From an uncultured Planctomycetia bacterium (lineage in GTDB: Bacteria; Omnitrophota; Gorgyraeia; 2-01-FULL-45-10), in contig CAYVCD010000001.1 of assembly GCA_964450115.1 (NCBI GenBank), positions 8,410-72,409 of the forward strand: a stretch of 64,000 nucleotides of DNA, written 5' to 3'. The translations under genes were made by a program, and so were the position numbers. Shown here one piece after another: positions 40,728 through 51,045 of the stretch. The notes beneath the pieces were generated by a model. It was not told the DNA's origin and did no database searches. It was given only the letters and a program-made list of their open reading frames with translations. Position 1 is the stretch's first letter. Each line of letters opens with the position of its first letter.

Positions 40728-42160
40728 TCATGGCCTCCCCTGTAGGACTGGAGATCGGCGACAGGTACCTGAAGATGGCGGCATCGAAGCCATCGAAAGA
40801 ATCTCCGGGATCATTTCAACTCTTAGCCAAACCGATCCAGGGTCTTAAGGACGAGGATATATCGAAAGCAATAAAGGAGATCATCGAGAAGGCTGCCATT
40901 AAGACGGGCACAATAGTGATCTCGCTTCCCAGAAACCTCGTTACTATGCGCAATCTGCATCTGCCAAGCCGCGATCCGGAAGAGATATCCCAGATGATAG
41001 ACCTGCATATCAGCAGGATCGTCCCCTATAAAAAGGATGAGATAGCGTTCGACCATCTCTCTTTGCGTACGGACTCTCTCGGATATACGGCCGAAGTTCT
41101 CGCTATAGTGCATAAGGACGTCCTAAAGCGCTATCAGAGAATAGTGGAGAACGCAGGCCTTGATATCGACGGCATATTCTTGAGCACTTACGGCATATGG
41201 CAATGGACGGTCGATAAGTTCAAGAGCGAGATAAACAACCAGGACCTCTATCTTCTTCTCGATATCGATTCCACATACACGGACTTCATCATATTTAATA
41301 AAGATAATATACTCTTCAGTCGCACCCTGGCATTCGAATTAAAAGATGTTGTACCCAACTCTGAGACTAACAAACTGATGGGTGAAATAAAGCAGTCGCT
41401 CCTCATATTCCATAAGAATGAATCAATAAATAAGAAACCGTCGGCTATCTTTGTTTCGGGCTCATATGACGATAATATTATGAACGCCATCAAGAGGGAG
41501 TTCACCATTCCGGTGAATATGGTACCCGATCCGGCTACGCAGGCCTCCAGGATCAAAGATACGGTCCTTCCTAAAGATACCTCGATGACTGCGGTCACGG
41601 AGTTCATCGCTGATGATAAAGGTCAGAGGCTTTCATTCGCCTTGCCGGAGATGCTGATAAGAAGATCACTGAAGGAGAAGACGAGAGAACTCACAATACT
41701 CGGGACGACATTGATATATCTCTTTGCCGCGATAATGGCGTTCTTCTGGGGCAGGCAGTATAATCAGCAGTCCTATCTCAAGCGTATCGTGAACCGCAAT
41801 ACTCTGATAGAGCGCGACGTCGGGAGCCTGCTCGGCCAATATAAAAGGATGGCTTTTGTAAAAGATTTTCTATATAAGAGATCAGTGCCCATGCTCTTAA
41901 TGAATGAGCTCGGAAAGATGACGCCGCCCGAAATAGTACTGAACTATATATCTATAGAGAATAATGAAGCCGTGATCATAAGGGGACAGGGCCTTAAGTT
42001 ATCGGATGTATTTAAGTTCGTAACAACATTAGAGAATTCGAAATATTTCCAGGACGTATCAACCAAATCCACGCGCACAAAGAAAGTCAAGGAGAGGGAT
42101 ATCACGGATTTTGAGATAAATTTCGCGATCTCGCTGGGGAAAAATGATAAAAATAAATAA
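40724..42160 (+). CDS. GspL-like assembly protein (PilM-type actin-like cytoplasmic domain + TM + PilN-like periplasmic domain)
   Basis: PilM-like N-terminal ~330 aa, TM LTILGTTLIYLFAAIMAFFWG, periplasmic C-terminal domain. ATGA overlap with gspF. Confidence 0.6.
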   Translation: MIMASPVGLEIGDRYLKMAASKPSKESPGSFQLLAKPIQGLKDEDISKAIKEIIEKAAIKTGTIVISLPRNLVTMRNLHLPSRDPEEISQMIDLHISRIVPYKKDEIAFDHLSLRTDSLGYTAEVLAIVHKDVLKRYQRIVENAGLDIDGIFLSTYGIWQWTVDKFKSEINNQDLYLLLDIDSTYTDFIIFNKDNILFSRTLAFELKDVVPNSETNKLMGEIKQSLLIFHKNESINKKPSAIFVSGSYDDNIMNAIKREFTIPVNMVPDPATQASRIKDTVLPKDTSMTAVTEFIADDKGQRLSFALPEMLIRRSLKEKTRELTILGTTLIYLFAAIMAFFWGRQYNQQSYLKRIVNRNTLIERDVGSLLGQYKRMAFVKDFLYKRSVPMLLMNELGKMTPPEIVLNYISIENNEAVIIRGQGLKLSDVFKFVTTLENSKYFQDVSTKSTRTKKVKERDITDFEINFAISLGKNDKNK

Positions 42161-42683
42161 GAGAGAGAAGATCCTGGCGTATGCCATCGGCGGGCTGATA
42201 GCCATATTTTTGATAGAGCATTTTCTCTTCTCCGGCATACGCGGAAAATCGAAGGGCGTATCGCAACAGATAAGGATAGAGGAGTCACGCCTGCAGGCCG
42301 GTCTCGATATTCAGAAGCGCAAAGATAAGATAACCGCAGAGTATAAGGAGCTGAAGCCATACCTGGAAAAATCGGAAGGTATCTCCGACAGGGAGATATT
42401 CGCAAAGTTCCTTAAGGAAGCGGAGAGGGTGGCTCAGGAGGCGGGGGTCTCCATAGTGAGCTTAAGTCCCCAGAATGAGACGCTTGATGAGCCTGAAGAC
42501 GTAAAATATAATGCCGATCTGCGCGCTGAGGGTAGCCTCGCCCAGGTGCTTGGCCTTATGGATAAGATACAGAAGAGCACCCTTCTCATAAAGCTTGATA
42601 AGATGAGCTTGTCTTCCAAGGACGAGCAGGCAGGAACAATGAAGATAGAGGCCGTATTAAGCCTTGTCGTACCCAAACCTTAA
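42144..42683 (+). CDS. GspM/PilO-like bitopic inner-membrane protein
   Basis: N-terminal TM (ILAYAIGGLIAIFLIEHFLF) and a periplasmic coiled-coil / ferredoxin-like domain. Sits in the gspL–gspM position. Confidence 0.45.
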   Translation: MIKINKREKILAYAIGGLIAIFLIEHFLFSGIRGKSKGVSQQIRIEESRLQAGLDIQKRKDKITAEYKELKPYLEKSEGISDREIFAKFLKEAERVAQEAGVSIVSLSPQNETLDEPEDVKYNADLRAEGSLAQVLGLMDKIQKSTLLIKLDKMSLSSKDEQAGTMKIEAVLSLVVPKP

Positions 42684-42690
42684 GACCGAT

Positions 42691-43092
42691 TTGTATAAAA
42701 GATCCGCGTTTTCCATGATCGAGCTGATGGTGGCAGTTTCCGTGCTATCGATAGGAGTTATTTTGATAGCTCGATCATTCCTTTCCGCCTCAGGTGCCTT
42801 ATCAAGCTGTGAAAGCAGGATAGTGGCATTAAACTTTCTTGAAAGTAAGATGGCCGAAGTCGAAGAGAAGGCGCTGAACGGCGACGATGATCTAGCCGGC
42901 CCCGGCGAATCGGTGTCGATAAACGGAAGGAAGGCCGATTTTAGTTCCAGCTCACAGGAGATTAAGATAGGCAAAGACGAGGATAAGCTGTTTATCAATG
43001 AGGTAATGCTGAAAGTAAGCTGGCGTGAAGCCAATAGGCCTTATGACGAAGAACTGGGGACGTATGTTGAGATCGGGAAGAATGAAAAGTAA
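42691..43092 (+). CDS. minor pseudopilin (prepilin-type N-terminal methylation domain), GspI/H-like
   Basis: TTG start gives leader MYKRSA|FSMIELMVAVSVLSIG with F+1 and E+5. ATG within FSMIEL would remove the leader. Confidence 0.55.
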   Translation: MYKRSAFSMIELMVAVSVLSIGVILIARSFLSASGALSSCESRIVALNFLESKMAEVEEKALNGDDDLAGPGESVSINGRKADFSSSSQEIKIGKDEDKLFINEVMLKVSWREANRPYDEELGTYVEIGKNEK

Positions 43093-43645
43093 ACGCTCTA
43101 AAAAGGCCTTCACGCTGGTGGAAGTGATCCTCGCCATAACTATATTTTCATTCATAGCCGTCGGCATATCCACTAGCTTCTTCTCCGGGATAAAACTTTG
43201 GGGCCGCGCCATAAGCACAGATTCCTGGCGTAATGACATATTGCTCGGCTTTGAATCGATAGCCGCTGCTTTAAGACAGACGGTCGACATACCTGATATA
43301 GGATATTCCGGGGACGAAAAATCCATATCGTTTCTTACCATCTCCGGAAATAATATTATAAGGGAATCGTACTCTTTTGACGCACAGAAGAAAGCCCTCA
43401 CAAAAAGCAAGACTAAATTGAAGGATATATCGGAGAACGACAAAGGCGGACAAGCGGCCGGCATACCCTTTCTCTCTTTAGATGAATTTTCGATACGGTA
43501 CCTTTACAGGGACCATTTGAAAAATACCTCCCAGTGGAGGGACGAATGGAAGAAGGAAGACGGCATATTTGCCGCCGTACAGTTTACAGCCAAAACACAC
43601 AATGAAGAATTCAACAAGACGGTATTCATACCTATCGCCGAATAG
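43082..43645 (+). CDS. minor pseudopilin (prepilin-type N-terminus), GspJ-like
   Basis: Leader MKSKRSKKA|FTLVEVILAITIFSF with F+1 and E+5. Confidence 0.6.
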   Translation: MKSKRSKKAFTLVEVILAITIFSFIAVGISTSFFSGIKLWGRAISTDSWRNDILLGFESIAAALRQTVDIPDIGYSGDEKSISFLTISGNNIIRESYSFDAQKKALTKSKTKLKDISENDKGGQAAGIPFLSLDEFSIRYLYRDHLKNTSQWRDEWKKEDGIFAAVQFTAKTHNEEFNKTVFIPIAE

Positions 43646-44459
43646 AGGGAGCATCCTCATAGTCACTATGTGGGTGCTGATATGTTTCTCTATTCTTAGC
43701 ATCGGATTATACAGGGTCGTCTCTTCGCGCATAAAGGTCACCCAGGTGATGACTAACAGGATCACAGGGCAGTACCTGGCCAAGGCGGCGTGCGCCTATT
43801 TTAAGGCGATAAAAAAAAGTGACGCGACGCCATCTGACACATTGGCCGAACTTAACACGGCCCAGGAGCGGGAAATGGGCAACGGAAAATTTAAATATAT
43901 CCTTAGGGACGAGAAGAGCAAAATAAATATGAATAGAGCATCCATAGAGATGATCTCCCGCCTCCCGGACTTCAGCAAAGATACGGCAACTGATATAGTT
44001 GTATCAAAGTTAAAACCGTTTAAGGCCATAGAGCAGCTGTTGCTTATTGACGGCGTGAATGAGGCTATGCTCGATAAATGCAGGGGCCTCATAACCGTAT
44101 ATGGCGACGGGAGCGTAAATATCAATACAGCATCTGCTGAGGCTTTTAAAGTGCTCGGGCTTGATGAAGGCCTTGTGGATATCATAATCGCCTTTCGAAG
44201 AGGATCCGATGGCAAAGAAGGCACTGCCGATGACGTGGCTTTTGATAATAAGTCCGGGATCATAGAGTACCTGCGCTCCAAGACCTCTTTATATGAGGAG
44301 CAGGAGGCGAAATTGCTTCAGTTGACGAGCCAGGATATGCTTTCCACGAGCTCGGACACTTTTACGCTGGATATAGAAACAACAGTTCTCGAAAAGCCCG
44401 CGATGCGGTATAATATTGTAATGGAGAAGGATAAGATCAAGCGCTGGACCGAGATATAG
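43602..44459 (+). CDS. GspK-like minor pseudopilin
   Basis: Hydrophobic N-terminus RGSILIVTMWVLICFSILSIGL and …VNINTASAEAFKVLGLDEGL… as in GspK. The start is uncertain; 43569 is the alternative. Confidence 0.55.
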   Translation: MKNSTRRYSYLSPNRGSILIVTMWVLICFSILSIGLYRVVSSRIKVTQVMTNRITGQYLAKAACAYFKAIKKSDATPSDTLAELNTAQEREMGNGKFKYILRDEKSKINMNRASIEMISRLPDFSKDTATDIVVSKLKPFKAIEQLLLIDGVNEAMLDKCRGLITVYGDGSVNINTASAEAFKVLGLDEGLVDIIIAFRRGSDGKEGTADDVAFDNKSGIIEYLRSKTSLYEEQEAKLLQLTSQDMLSTSSDTFTLDIETTVLEKPAMRYNIVMEKDKIKRWTEI

Positions 44460-44483
44460 AAAAAAAGAGAAAGGGCTAATGCC

Positions 44484-44906
44484 ATGATCAAAAGAATAAT
44501 TCACAGAAAAGGTTTCACTCTCATAGAGCTGATGCTTGTGGTTATCATCATAGGCATACTCGTCGCCATGATAGTGCCCAGGATGGCTGGCAGGTCTGAG
44601 CAGGCGCGCGTAGCCGTCTCCCAGGCCGACGTAGACCTGAATATAGCCACGGCGCTTAAACTTTATGAGCTCGACAACGGATCATTTCCCACGACCGATG
44701 AGGGGCTAAACGCATTATTGTCTGCTCCATCTACGGCAAAGCGCTGGAAAGGCCCGTATCTCGATAAGGCTCCGGTAGATCCATGGAGTAACCCGTATAA
44801 ATACAGATCGCCCGGCACTCACCGTACTGATTATGATCTCTACTCTCTCGGCAAGGACGGCACCGAAAGCTCCGATGACGTCACCAACTGGCAACAACAG
44901 CAGTAA
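44484..44906 (+). CDS. gspG: type II secretion major pseudopilin GspG
   Basis: HRKG|FTLIELMLVVIIIGILVAMIVP. LKLYELDNGSFPTTDEGLNALL. KGPYLDKAPVDPWSNPYKYRSPG…DLYSLGKDG. Near-colinear with PulG/GspG. Confidence 0.85.
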   Translation: MIKRIIHRKGFTLIELMLVVIIIGILVAMIVPRMAGRSEQARVAVSQADVDLNIATALKLYELDNGSFPTTDEGLNALLSAPSTAKRWKGPYLDKAPVDPWSNPYKYRSPGTHRTDYDLYSLGKDGTESSDDVTNWQQQQ

Positions 44907-44927
44907 TAAATAGGAGATCATATATCC

Positions 44928-46286
44928 ATGCATGACACAAAAGTAAATCTATCCGAAAAAGATATTCCGCAGAGCTGGTATAATGTCGCGGCGGATCTGC
45001 CATTTGAGCTGCCGCCGCCCATAAATCCTGGGACCGGAAAGCCCCTGGCAAAGGACGACCTGCGCGCCATATTTCCTTTGGCCCTGATAGAGCAGGAGAT
45101 GAGCCGTAAGCGATGGATAGATATACCGAACGAAGTAAGGGACATATTGAAGATATGGCGGCCGACGCCACTAAAGAGGGCGCTACGTCTGGAGAAAGCG
45201 TTAAAGACCAAGTCGAGAATATACTATAAAGACGAGTCCGTTTCTCCGACGGGAAGCCACAAGACTAACACCGCCATAGCCCAAGCCTACTATAATAAGA
45301 AAGAGGGCATAAAACGGATCACCACCGAGACCGGAGCCGGGCAGTGGGGATGCGCATTAAGCTATGCATGCAATGTATTCAATTTAGGATGCCGAGTCTA
45401 TATGGTCAAGGTGAGCTTTCACCAGAAGCCTTTAAGAAAATCACTTATGCATATATGGGGCTCAGAAGTCATAGCGTCACCTTCCGAATTTACAGAAAGC
45501 GGCAGGCAGATGTTGAAGCAGGATCCGCATTGCCAGGGCTCACTCGGCATGGCGATATCGGAGGCTGTCGAAGAGGCCGCGAAGAACAAAGAGGCCAATT
45601 ACGCTTTGGGCAGCGTGCTCAACCATGTTCTCCTGCACCAGACAGTTATAGGGCTGGAGACGAAGAAGCAGCTGAAGATAATGGGCGAGAAGAGGCCCGA
45701 TTATCTGATCGCCTGCGTTGGCGGAGGAAGTAATTTCGGGGGCTTCGCGTTCCCGTTCGTTAAAGACAGGATAAAGGATAGCAGGATAAAGATAGTGGCG
45801 GTCGAGCCATCCGCATGCCCAAGCCTAACGAAGGGCGTATATGCCTACGATCACGGTGATACCGCTTCGCTTACGCCTCTATTAAAGATGTTTACGCTTG
45901 GCCACACATTCATGCCGCCCGGTATCCATGCCGGCGGTCTACGTTATCACGGCTGTTCTCCGCTTGTAAGCGCCATAGCGGCGAAGGGCTTGATCGAATC
46001 TAAATCCTACCATCAGCTCGAGGTATTTAAAGCCGCTGTGCTATTCGCGAAGACAGAAGGCATGGTGCCGGCACCTGAGACCGCGCATGCCATTAAATGC
46101 GCTATCGATATGGCCACAAAGGACAAGAAGGAGAAGTGCGTCGTCTTCAATTTTAGCGGTCACGGCTTTCTCGATCTATCGGCATATGACAGGTTCTATA
46201 GCGGAGAGCTCAAGAACTATGCCTATCCAGCTCACCAGATAAAGAAGGCCTTAAAGAGCCTTCCCAAAGTCTTCTCACCTAAGTAA
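44928..46286 (+). CDS. TrpB2-type tryptophan synthase beta-like PLP enzyme (stand-alone)
   Basis: 452 aa with the TrpB2 N-terminal extension. PLP lysine context …[17 protein letters not shown]… GGGSNFGG loop. No trpA nearby. Confidence 0.7.
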   Translation: MHDTKVNLSEKDIPQSWYNVAADLPFELPPPINPGTGKPLAKDDLRAIFPLALIEQEMSRKRWIDIPNEVRDILKIWRPTPLKRALRLEKALKTKSRIYYKDESVSPTGSHKTNTAIAQAYYNKKEGIKRITTETGAGQWGCALSYACNVFNLGCRVYMVKVSFHQKPLRKSLMHIWGSEVIASPSEFTESGRQMLKQDPHCQGSLGMAISEAVEEAAKNKEANYALGSVLNHVLLHQTVIGLETKKQLKIMGEKRPDYLIACVGGGSNFGGFAFPFVKDRIKDSRIKIVAVEPSACPSLTKGVYAYDHGDTASLTPLLKMFTLGHTFMPPGIHAGGLRYHGCSPLVSAIAAKGLIESKSYHQLEVFKAAVLFAKTEGMVPAPETAHAIKCAIDMATKDKKEKCVVFNFSGHGFLDLSAYDRFYSGELKNYAYPAHQIKKALKSLPKVFSPK

Positions 46287-46362
46287 AAGTGGTTAATCCC
46301 AGTCACCATTAGCATGGAATTTTGCAAAAATGTTAAGGAATAAAATAGATAGCTATTGAGTG

Positions 46363-46390
46363 TTGACATCAGGCTGTTTTAATGTATAAT
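46363..46390 (+). promoter_or_regulatory. strong sigma70-type promoter (TTGACA –16– TATAAT)
   Basis: Consensus hexamers at 46363–46368 and 46385–46390, 42 nt upstream of GTG 46432. ATAGGAG RBS. Confidence 0.5.
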
Positions 46391-46431
46391 CTATATACAT
46401 TTAAGAAAACAGAAAGATAGGAGAAACTCAA

Positions 46432-49400
46432 GTGAATTCAGACGTGAGCACTTGTGTTGCGACAAACACATCTATTATTAAGAATAAGCCATTTAGGGTA
46501 ATGGTCATCGCCATTACTTTGATGGCTTTTTTTGTCAATATATTTGCCTACGAACTGGCTTCCGCAGCGCCTGTCATAACAGCTCAGGCATTTAAGAGCC
46601 TAAGTCCCGATACATTCTCCTTGCCCAAAGACCTTGGCGATATAAAGGATTCCTGGGCCCCCTCAAAACAGAGTCTAAAGAATACCATTATCCACATCCA
46701 GGATGCCCATTGTAATTACGCCGCTCAAGCCAAGATAGCCCAGATCGTTGGGTATCTGAATTCAAGCTATGGCATCGATACGATCAATCTTGAAGGCGGA
46801 GCGGGGGATTACGACCTTTCCGCGTTTTCGGCTATTCAAGAGAAGGATAAGCGCGACAAGGCTGCCGACCATTTCGTTAAAGAAGGCCTAGTCAACGGCT
46901 CGGAGCTATTTGCGATAAATAACCCGGATAAAGTAAAGCTGTGGGGCATAGAGGACACTAAACTTTATGTTGAGAACCTATCAGTCTACAGGAACTCCCT
47001 CAAGAATAAGGACCGGATCGATAAGGTTCTTAAGTCTATCAGTTATATGTTGACCAACCTCAAAATGCATATCTACTCAAAAGAGCTTCTTGAGTTTGAT
47101 ACAAAATACGTCCAATACAAGGCGGGCTCTCTCGACTTCAAAGAGTATCTGATATATATAATAGGTAAGGCAAAAGAGAAAGCGGTGGGCTTGGACCAGT
47201 TCAAAGATATATCGCTCTTGAAACAGACCTTCGTTGAGGAGAAGAATATTGACTTCAAGAAGGCGAACGTTCAAAGAGATCAGCTTATAGACAAACTGCA
47301 GAAAGAGCTCTCTAAAGATGAGGTAAGCGAGCTGGTCTCTAGGGCTCTTGAATTCAGGTCCGATAAGCTATCGGAAGGAGATTTTTATAAGTATCTTGCT
47401 AAAAAGTCAAAGACGGTAGAAATAGACCTGGGTGCCTTCCCGGAGCTAAAAAAATATATCGCATACACCGCAACATATGCCGCCATAGATAAAGTAAGGA
47501 TAATGGAAGAGGTAGAGAATCTTGAGAATAGATTAAAGGAAATCTTGTGTGGCAGCGAGAAGGAGAGGGACCTGATACTTCTATCCAAGAACCTTATCCT
47601 CACAAAGAACATATTCAATATCTCAATTACGCCGGACGATCATAAGTACTATAAAAAGAATGTGGATGAATTCAGTACCGATAAATATGTTACTTTTATA
47701 AAGAGAGAAGCTTTGCTATATAAGATCACCACAAAGCTTGACGAAAATATAAGCTCTCTCGATGATGACCGCGAGGAGATGGCCAGTTTCTATGAATGTT
47801 CGTTCAAACGCGATGCCGCATTTATCAAGAACATAAAATGCAACAAGGCGGCTATAGTTGTAACCGGAGGGTTCCATACTGAAAATCTAAAGGCCCTATT
47901 TAAAAAGAATAATATTGCCTATGTTTCCATTATGCCTAATTTCAAAAACCGCAACGGTTACGAATCGCCGTACTACAAGCTGTTATCAGGCGAAAATAGC
48001 CTTGATGTAAAAGACGCGCTGCCATCGGTCATAAATAAAACATTAGCAATTGCATCACCGCAAAATAGAGCTATTACTGATGAGATTGCCGCAGCAGGCC
48101 TATCAGCCGGTATATCCGAAAGAATACCCGAAGAAAAAATCGCGCCTAAGAATATGATGAAGATCGCTTTCTGGAAGACTTTATTGGCTGTGGCGCTTGG
48201 CTGGAGCGCAGCGTATCTGGCCGGCCAGGTGGTCGTTATGGATCTCCAAATTAAGGCGGTGATTTCAGGGGTAGCAACCGGATTTTTAACCTGGGTCTTT
48301 CATTCGCACCATAGGTCAAACCGCAATGACCGAAAAGTTATAGGGCTCTCGGTAGGCGCGGCTGTTGTTGCGGAAACCCTGACAGCCGGGTTGATTTACG
48401 TCTCATTGTTATCTCTGTATATATTACGGATTGCGCACGTTGCGATCAACAAGGCGATATATAATTATGTCCAGGAGATACAGCGTGGAAGGAACGTCTC
48501 CTGCGGCACGATATGCGAGGCGGGACACCAGGAGCTGCTTGATGTCCAATTAAGATTGTATTATCAGGGATTGATCAATGGCGTGGCCGGAAAAGATTCT
48601 GTCAGCGAAGATATATTAAGCGAGAAGGCGGCGCTGAACGCGCTGAAACTTTCCGACAAACTGATAGACTACGGAACTTCAAAAGAACAATTGGAGGAGA
48701 TCGTAGAGTATATACACAAAAAAAGCGGCATACCCGATGACGTATCTATTTTATTCGCGATCCCTCCCGATGGAAACAATCTCTGGTATATCGATAACCC
48801 GGACAGGCCCGGAGAAAGGCTCTACGCCGGTGGCCACTTCAATCAAAAAGCAACACGTATTCATATTTCCTTGCCATTAATATTATCTCAAGAATACCCG
48901 CAAGAGGCTGCCTATGCCATAGCCATGCACGAATATCAGCACATACAGGTAATAAGAGACGAGCTCCGGGAAGAAATTAGCCACGATCCGGCGGAAGATG
49001 AAGGAATGAGGATCGTAACTGCCGCCGCCATAAAGGAGCTGGGGTATGGTGGATTAATAACTATGGGCCTTGATGAATTGTTCATAAATAATATGATTCG
49101 CTCGGGCTCGTTTAATAGAGAGATGGCTTACATATCGATGCAAGGCGCCCTGACGTCATTATTTTCAGACTATGATAAAGCGGGAGAATTTGTGGATATA
49201 ATGAAAGAATTTGAGAGGCTGGGGATATTTGATCCTTCAAATGAAGTCGACCTTGAGAATATGGCCGCAGCCGCTATAGGCTTATTAAAAACCGGCATAA
49301 TGGCGGTCTACATCCGCGGAGGCAAAACGTATTATCTGGTTCGGGTAAAAACGGATGAGTATGCGGCGAATTTCGATCTCGACAGGCAAGTAGGAAGGTG

Positions 49401-50799
49401 GGGCGGAAAACCTGTGTTTTTGAATGAGAGTGCAGGTGGCGAGGGAGATGGCCTGAGAGAACTCACCGGAGTCGATGAGGATGAGGGCGATGACAGGGCA
49501 GTCCCCGTAGAAATAACCGGCAGCGGGCAGATCAGGACAATACGTAACCCTGCGAATGGAGATATTATACCTATTGATGAAAGGCGGGTAATGCTTTTAT
49601 CGGATGATGGAGAAATGGATTACAGAATAGAGATAAATGAAAGAGACCGTATATTTGCGCTTAACAACCCAAAAAACAGGTACGTGATCGCCAAGGTTGC
49701 CGGAAGGCCTGGGGATCCTCTGTATCTACATTCCGTAACGGAAAACGGTATTACGGAAGAGGTATCTTATCAGCCTTATAACGGTAGGTTCTTATTTTGG
49801 GTATGTGAAATTTCACCGGGGACCTACAAGGTCCTTCCATACAAGCAGGTCTCAGAAGATGTAACCGCGCCTAAGCCCATATTGGCGTGGGTAACTTATA
49901 AAGACGGCGTGGTGGGCGATGTGACGAGGATAGACCGCCAGCCGCCGGACGGAGGCAGGGATTATACGCAGTGGGTCGCTGAATTCAGGGATGCAACAGA
50001 ACCGATAACAGCGCAGTCTCTTGTGCTGCGCACCGAGGGCAGCGGCACGCGCGATCTCGATATCGCCAATATCAGAAGAGCCATGCAAGAAGTCGGCGAG
50101 AAGAGGACCGATATTCTGGATGTTCTAAAAGAATTTAACCGGTTGATTGATATGAAAAAGAATGGGGAGCTATTAGGGGCGCTTTTGAAGTTCCTGACCG
50201 CGGTGAGGGCGCCACAGGAGCCGAGGGTATTCTTCATACCGCGCGATGAAAGTAATAAGGCTATATATGACGGCACAAAGAGCGATATAAAATATGCACT
50301 CGAGAAAGAAGGATTTAAGAATATAGGGATCGTCTTTTACGATGGCACACAAAAAGACCTCGACAATGCTTATGGCAGACAGCTTGCTAATTATAAGTCC
50401 GTGTTAAATATGCCCGGAGCGCTCGCGCTGGCGTATGTCGATTCCGGTATGGTTGATGAAGCCACATTTAATAAGCACAACGAAGATAACGCGTCCTACA
50501 AATGGATGCGTGAAAATATTCCCCAAGGTGTTTCAGCTAATGAACTATTCATGCATGTAGCATTCGGTCTGCCGGTCCTTGACTTCGCGAAAAATTCTAC
50601 AGACGCAGACCATAAACAGAAGCTTCTCGATATAATAGAGAGGATGGTAGACAGCGACTCCGTAAATATTGATCTGCTGAAATCGGATCCGAATAGCATA
50701 TTCACTTTCGCATTTATATTGGTACTACAGAAGCTCGATATAGATAAAGATATGCGCGAAAGAGAGCTTTCGCTCAAAGAGATATTGACTGCCGCATAA
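46432..50799 (+). CDS. large (1455 aa) membrane protein of unknown family; N-terminal ~500-aa domain paralogous to 51046 product; internal HExxH
   Basis: N-terminal TM. Conserved motifs IIHIQDAHCNYAAQ and VVTGGFHTENL shared with the paralogue. Cluster of TM helices around aa 580–670. HEYQH motif. Confidence 0.6.
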   Translation: MNSDVSTCVATNTSIIKNKPFRVMVIAITLMAFFVNIFAYELASAAPVITAQAFKSLSPDTFSLPKDLGDIKDSWAPSKQSLKNTIIHIQDAHCNYAAQAKIAQIVGYLNSSYGIDTINLEGGAGDYDLSAFSAIQEKDKRDKAADHFVKEGLVNGSELFAINNPDKVKLWGIEDTKLYVENLSVYRNSLKNKDRIDKVLKSISYMLTNLKMHIYSKELLEFDTKYVQYKAGSLDFKEYLIYIIGKAKEKAVGLDQFKDISLLKQTFVEEKNIDFKKANVQRDQLIDKLQKELSKDEVSELVSRALEFRSDKLSEGDFYKYLAKKSKTVEIDLGAFPELKKYIAYTATYAAIDKVRIMEEVENLENRLKEILCGSEKERDLILLSKNLILTKNIFNISITPDDHKYYKKNVDEFSTDKYVTFIKREALLYKITTKLDENISSLDDDREEMASFYECSFKRDAAFIKNIKCNKAAIVVTGGFHTENLKALFKKNNIAYVSIMPNFKNRNGYESPYYKLLSGENSLDVKDALPSVINKTLAIASPQNRAITDEIAAAGLSAGISERIPEEKIAPKNMMKIAFWKTLLAVALGWSAAYLAGQVVVMDLQIKAVISGVATGFLTWVFHSHHRSNRNDRKVIGLSVGAAVVAETLTAGLIYVSLLSLYILRIAHVAINKAIYNYVQEIQRGRNVSCGTICEAGHQELLDVQLRLYYQGLINGVAGKDSVSEDILSEKAALNALKLSDKLIDYGTSKEQLEEIVEYIHKKSGIPDDVSILFAIPPDGNNLWYIDNPDRPGERLYAGGHFNQKATRIHISLPLILSQEYPQEAAYAIAMHEYQHIQVIRDELREEISHDPAEDEGMRIVTAAAIKELGYGGLITMGLDELFINNMIRSGSFNREMAYISMQGALTSLFSDYDKAGEFVDIMKEFERLGIFDPSNEVDLENMAAAAIGLLKTGIMAVYIRGGKTYYLVRVKTDEYAANFDLDRQVGRWGGKPVFLNESAGGEGDGLRELTGVDEDEGDDRAVPVEITGSGQIRTIRNPANGDIIPIDERRVMLLSDDGEMDYRIEINERDRIFALNNPKNRYVIAKVAGRPGDPLYLHSVTENGITEEVSYQPYNGRFLFWVCEISPGTYKVLPYKQVSEDVTAPKPILAWVTYKDGVVGDVTRIDRQPPDGGRDYTQWVAEFRDATEPITAQSLVLRTEGSGTRDLDIANIRRAMQEVGEKRTDILDVLKEFNRLIDMKKNGELLGALLKFLTAVRAPQEPRVFFIPRDESNKAIYDGTKSDIKYALEKEGFKNIGIVFYDGTQKDLDNAYGRQLANYKSVLNMPGALALAYVDSGMVDEATFNKHNEDNASYKWMRENIPQGVSANELFMHVAFGLPVLDFAKNSTDADHKQKLLDIIERMVDSDSVNIDLLKSDPNSIFTFAFILVLQKLDIDKDMRERELSLKEILTAA

Positions 50800-50855
50800 G
50801 ATTTGACCGGATCGTCGGAACGCCCTTTAAGGGTCTCACGTCCCCTTAAATAAGA

Positions 50856-50876
50856 GCCGGCGGTCCGGTTTTTTAA
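50856..50876 (+). terminator. possible intrinsic terminator (GCCGG-cggt-CCGG + T6)
   Basis: Short GC stem followed by a T-tract, 57 nt after the 50799 stop. Confidence 0.3.
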
Positions 50877-51045
50877 TAAAATTATCCATATTTAGGCTCA
50901 ATTGTTAGCATATAAAAAAGCAAGCTTCCCTATGAGCTAATCCTATGGTATACTATATAGTGAAGAGAAAGGTGTTTTTTTTCGGGCCACTTTGTAAGAA
51001 ATTTTAAAAAGTGGTGTAATTCAACCAGATAGAAGGATGTGTTAG

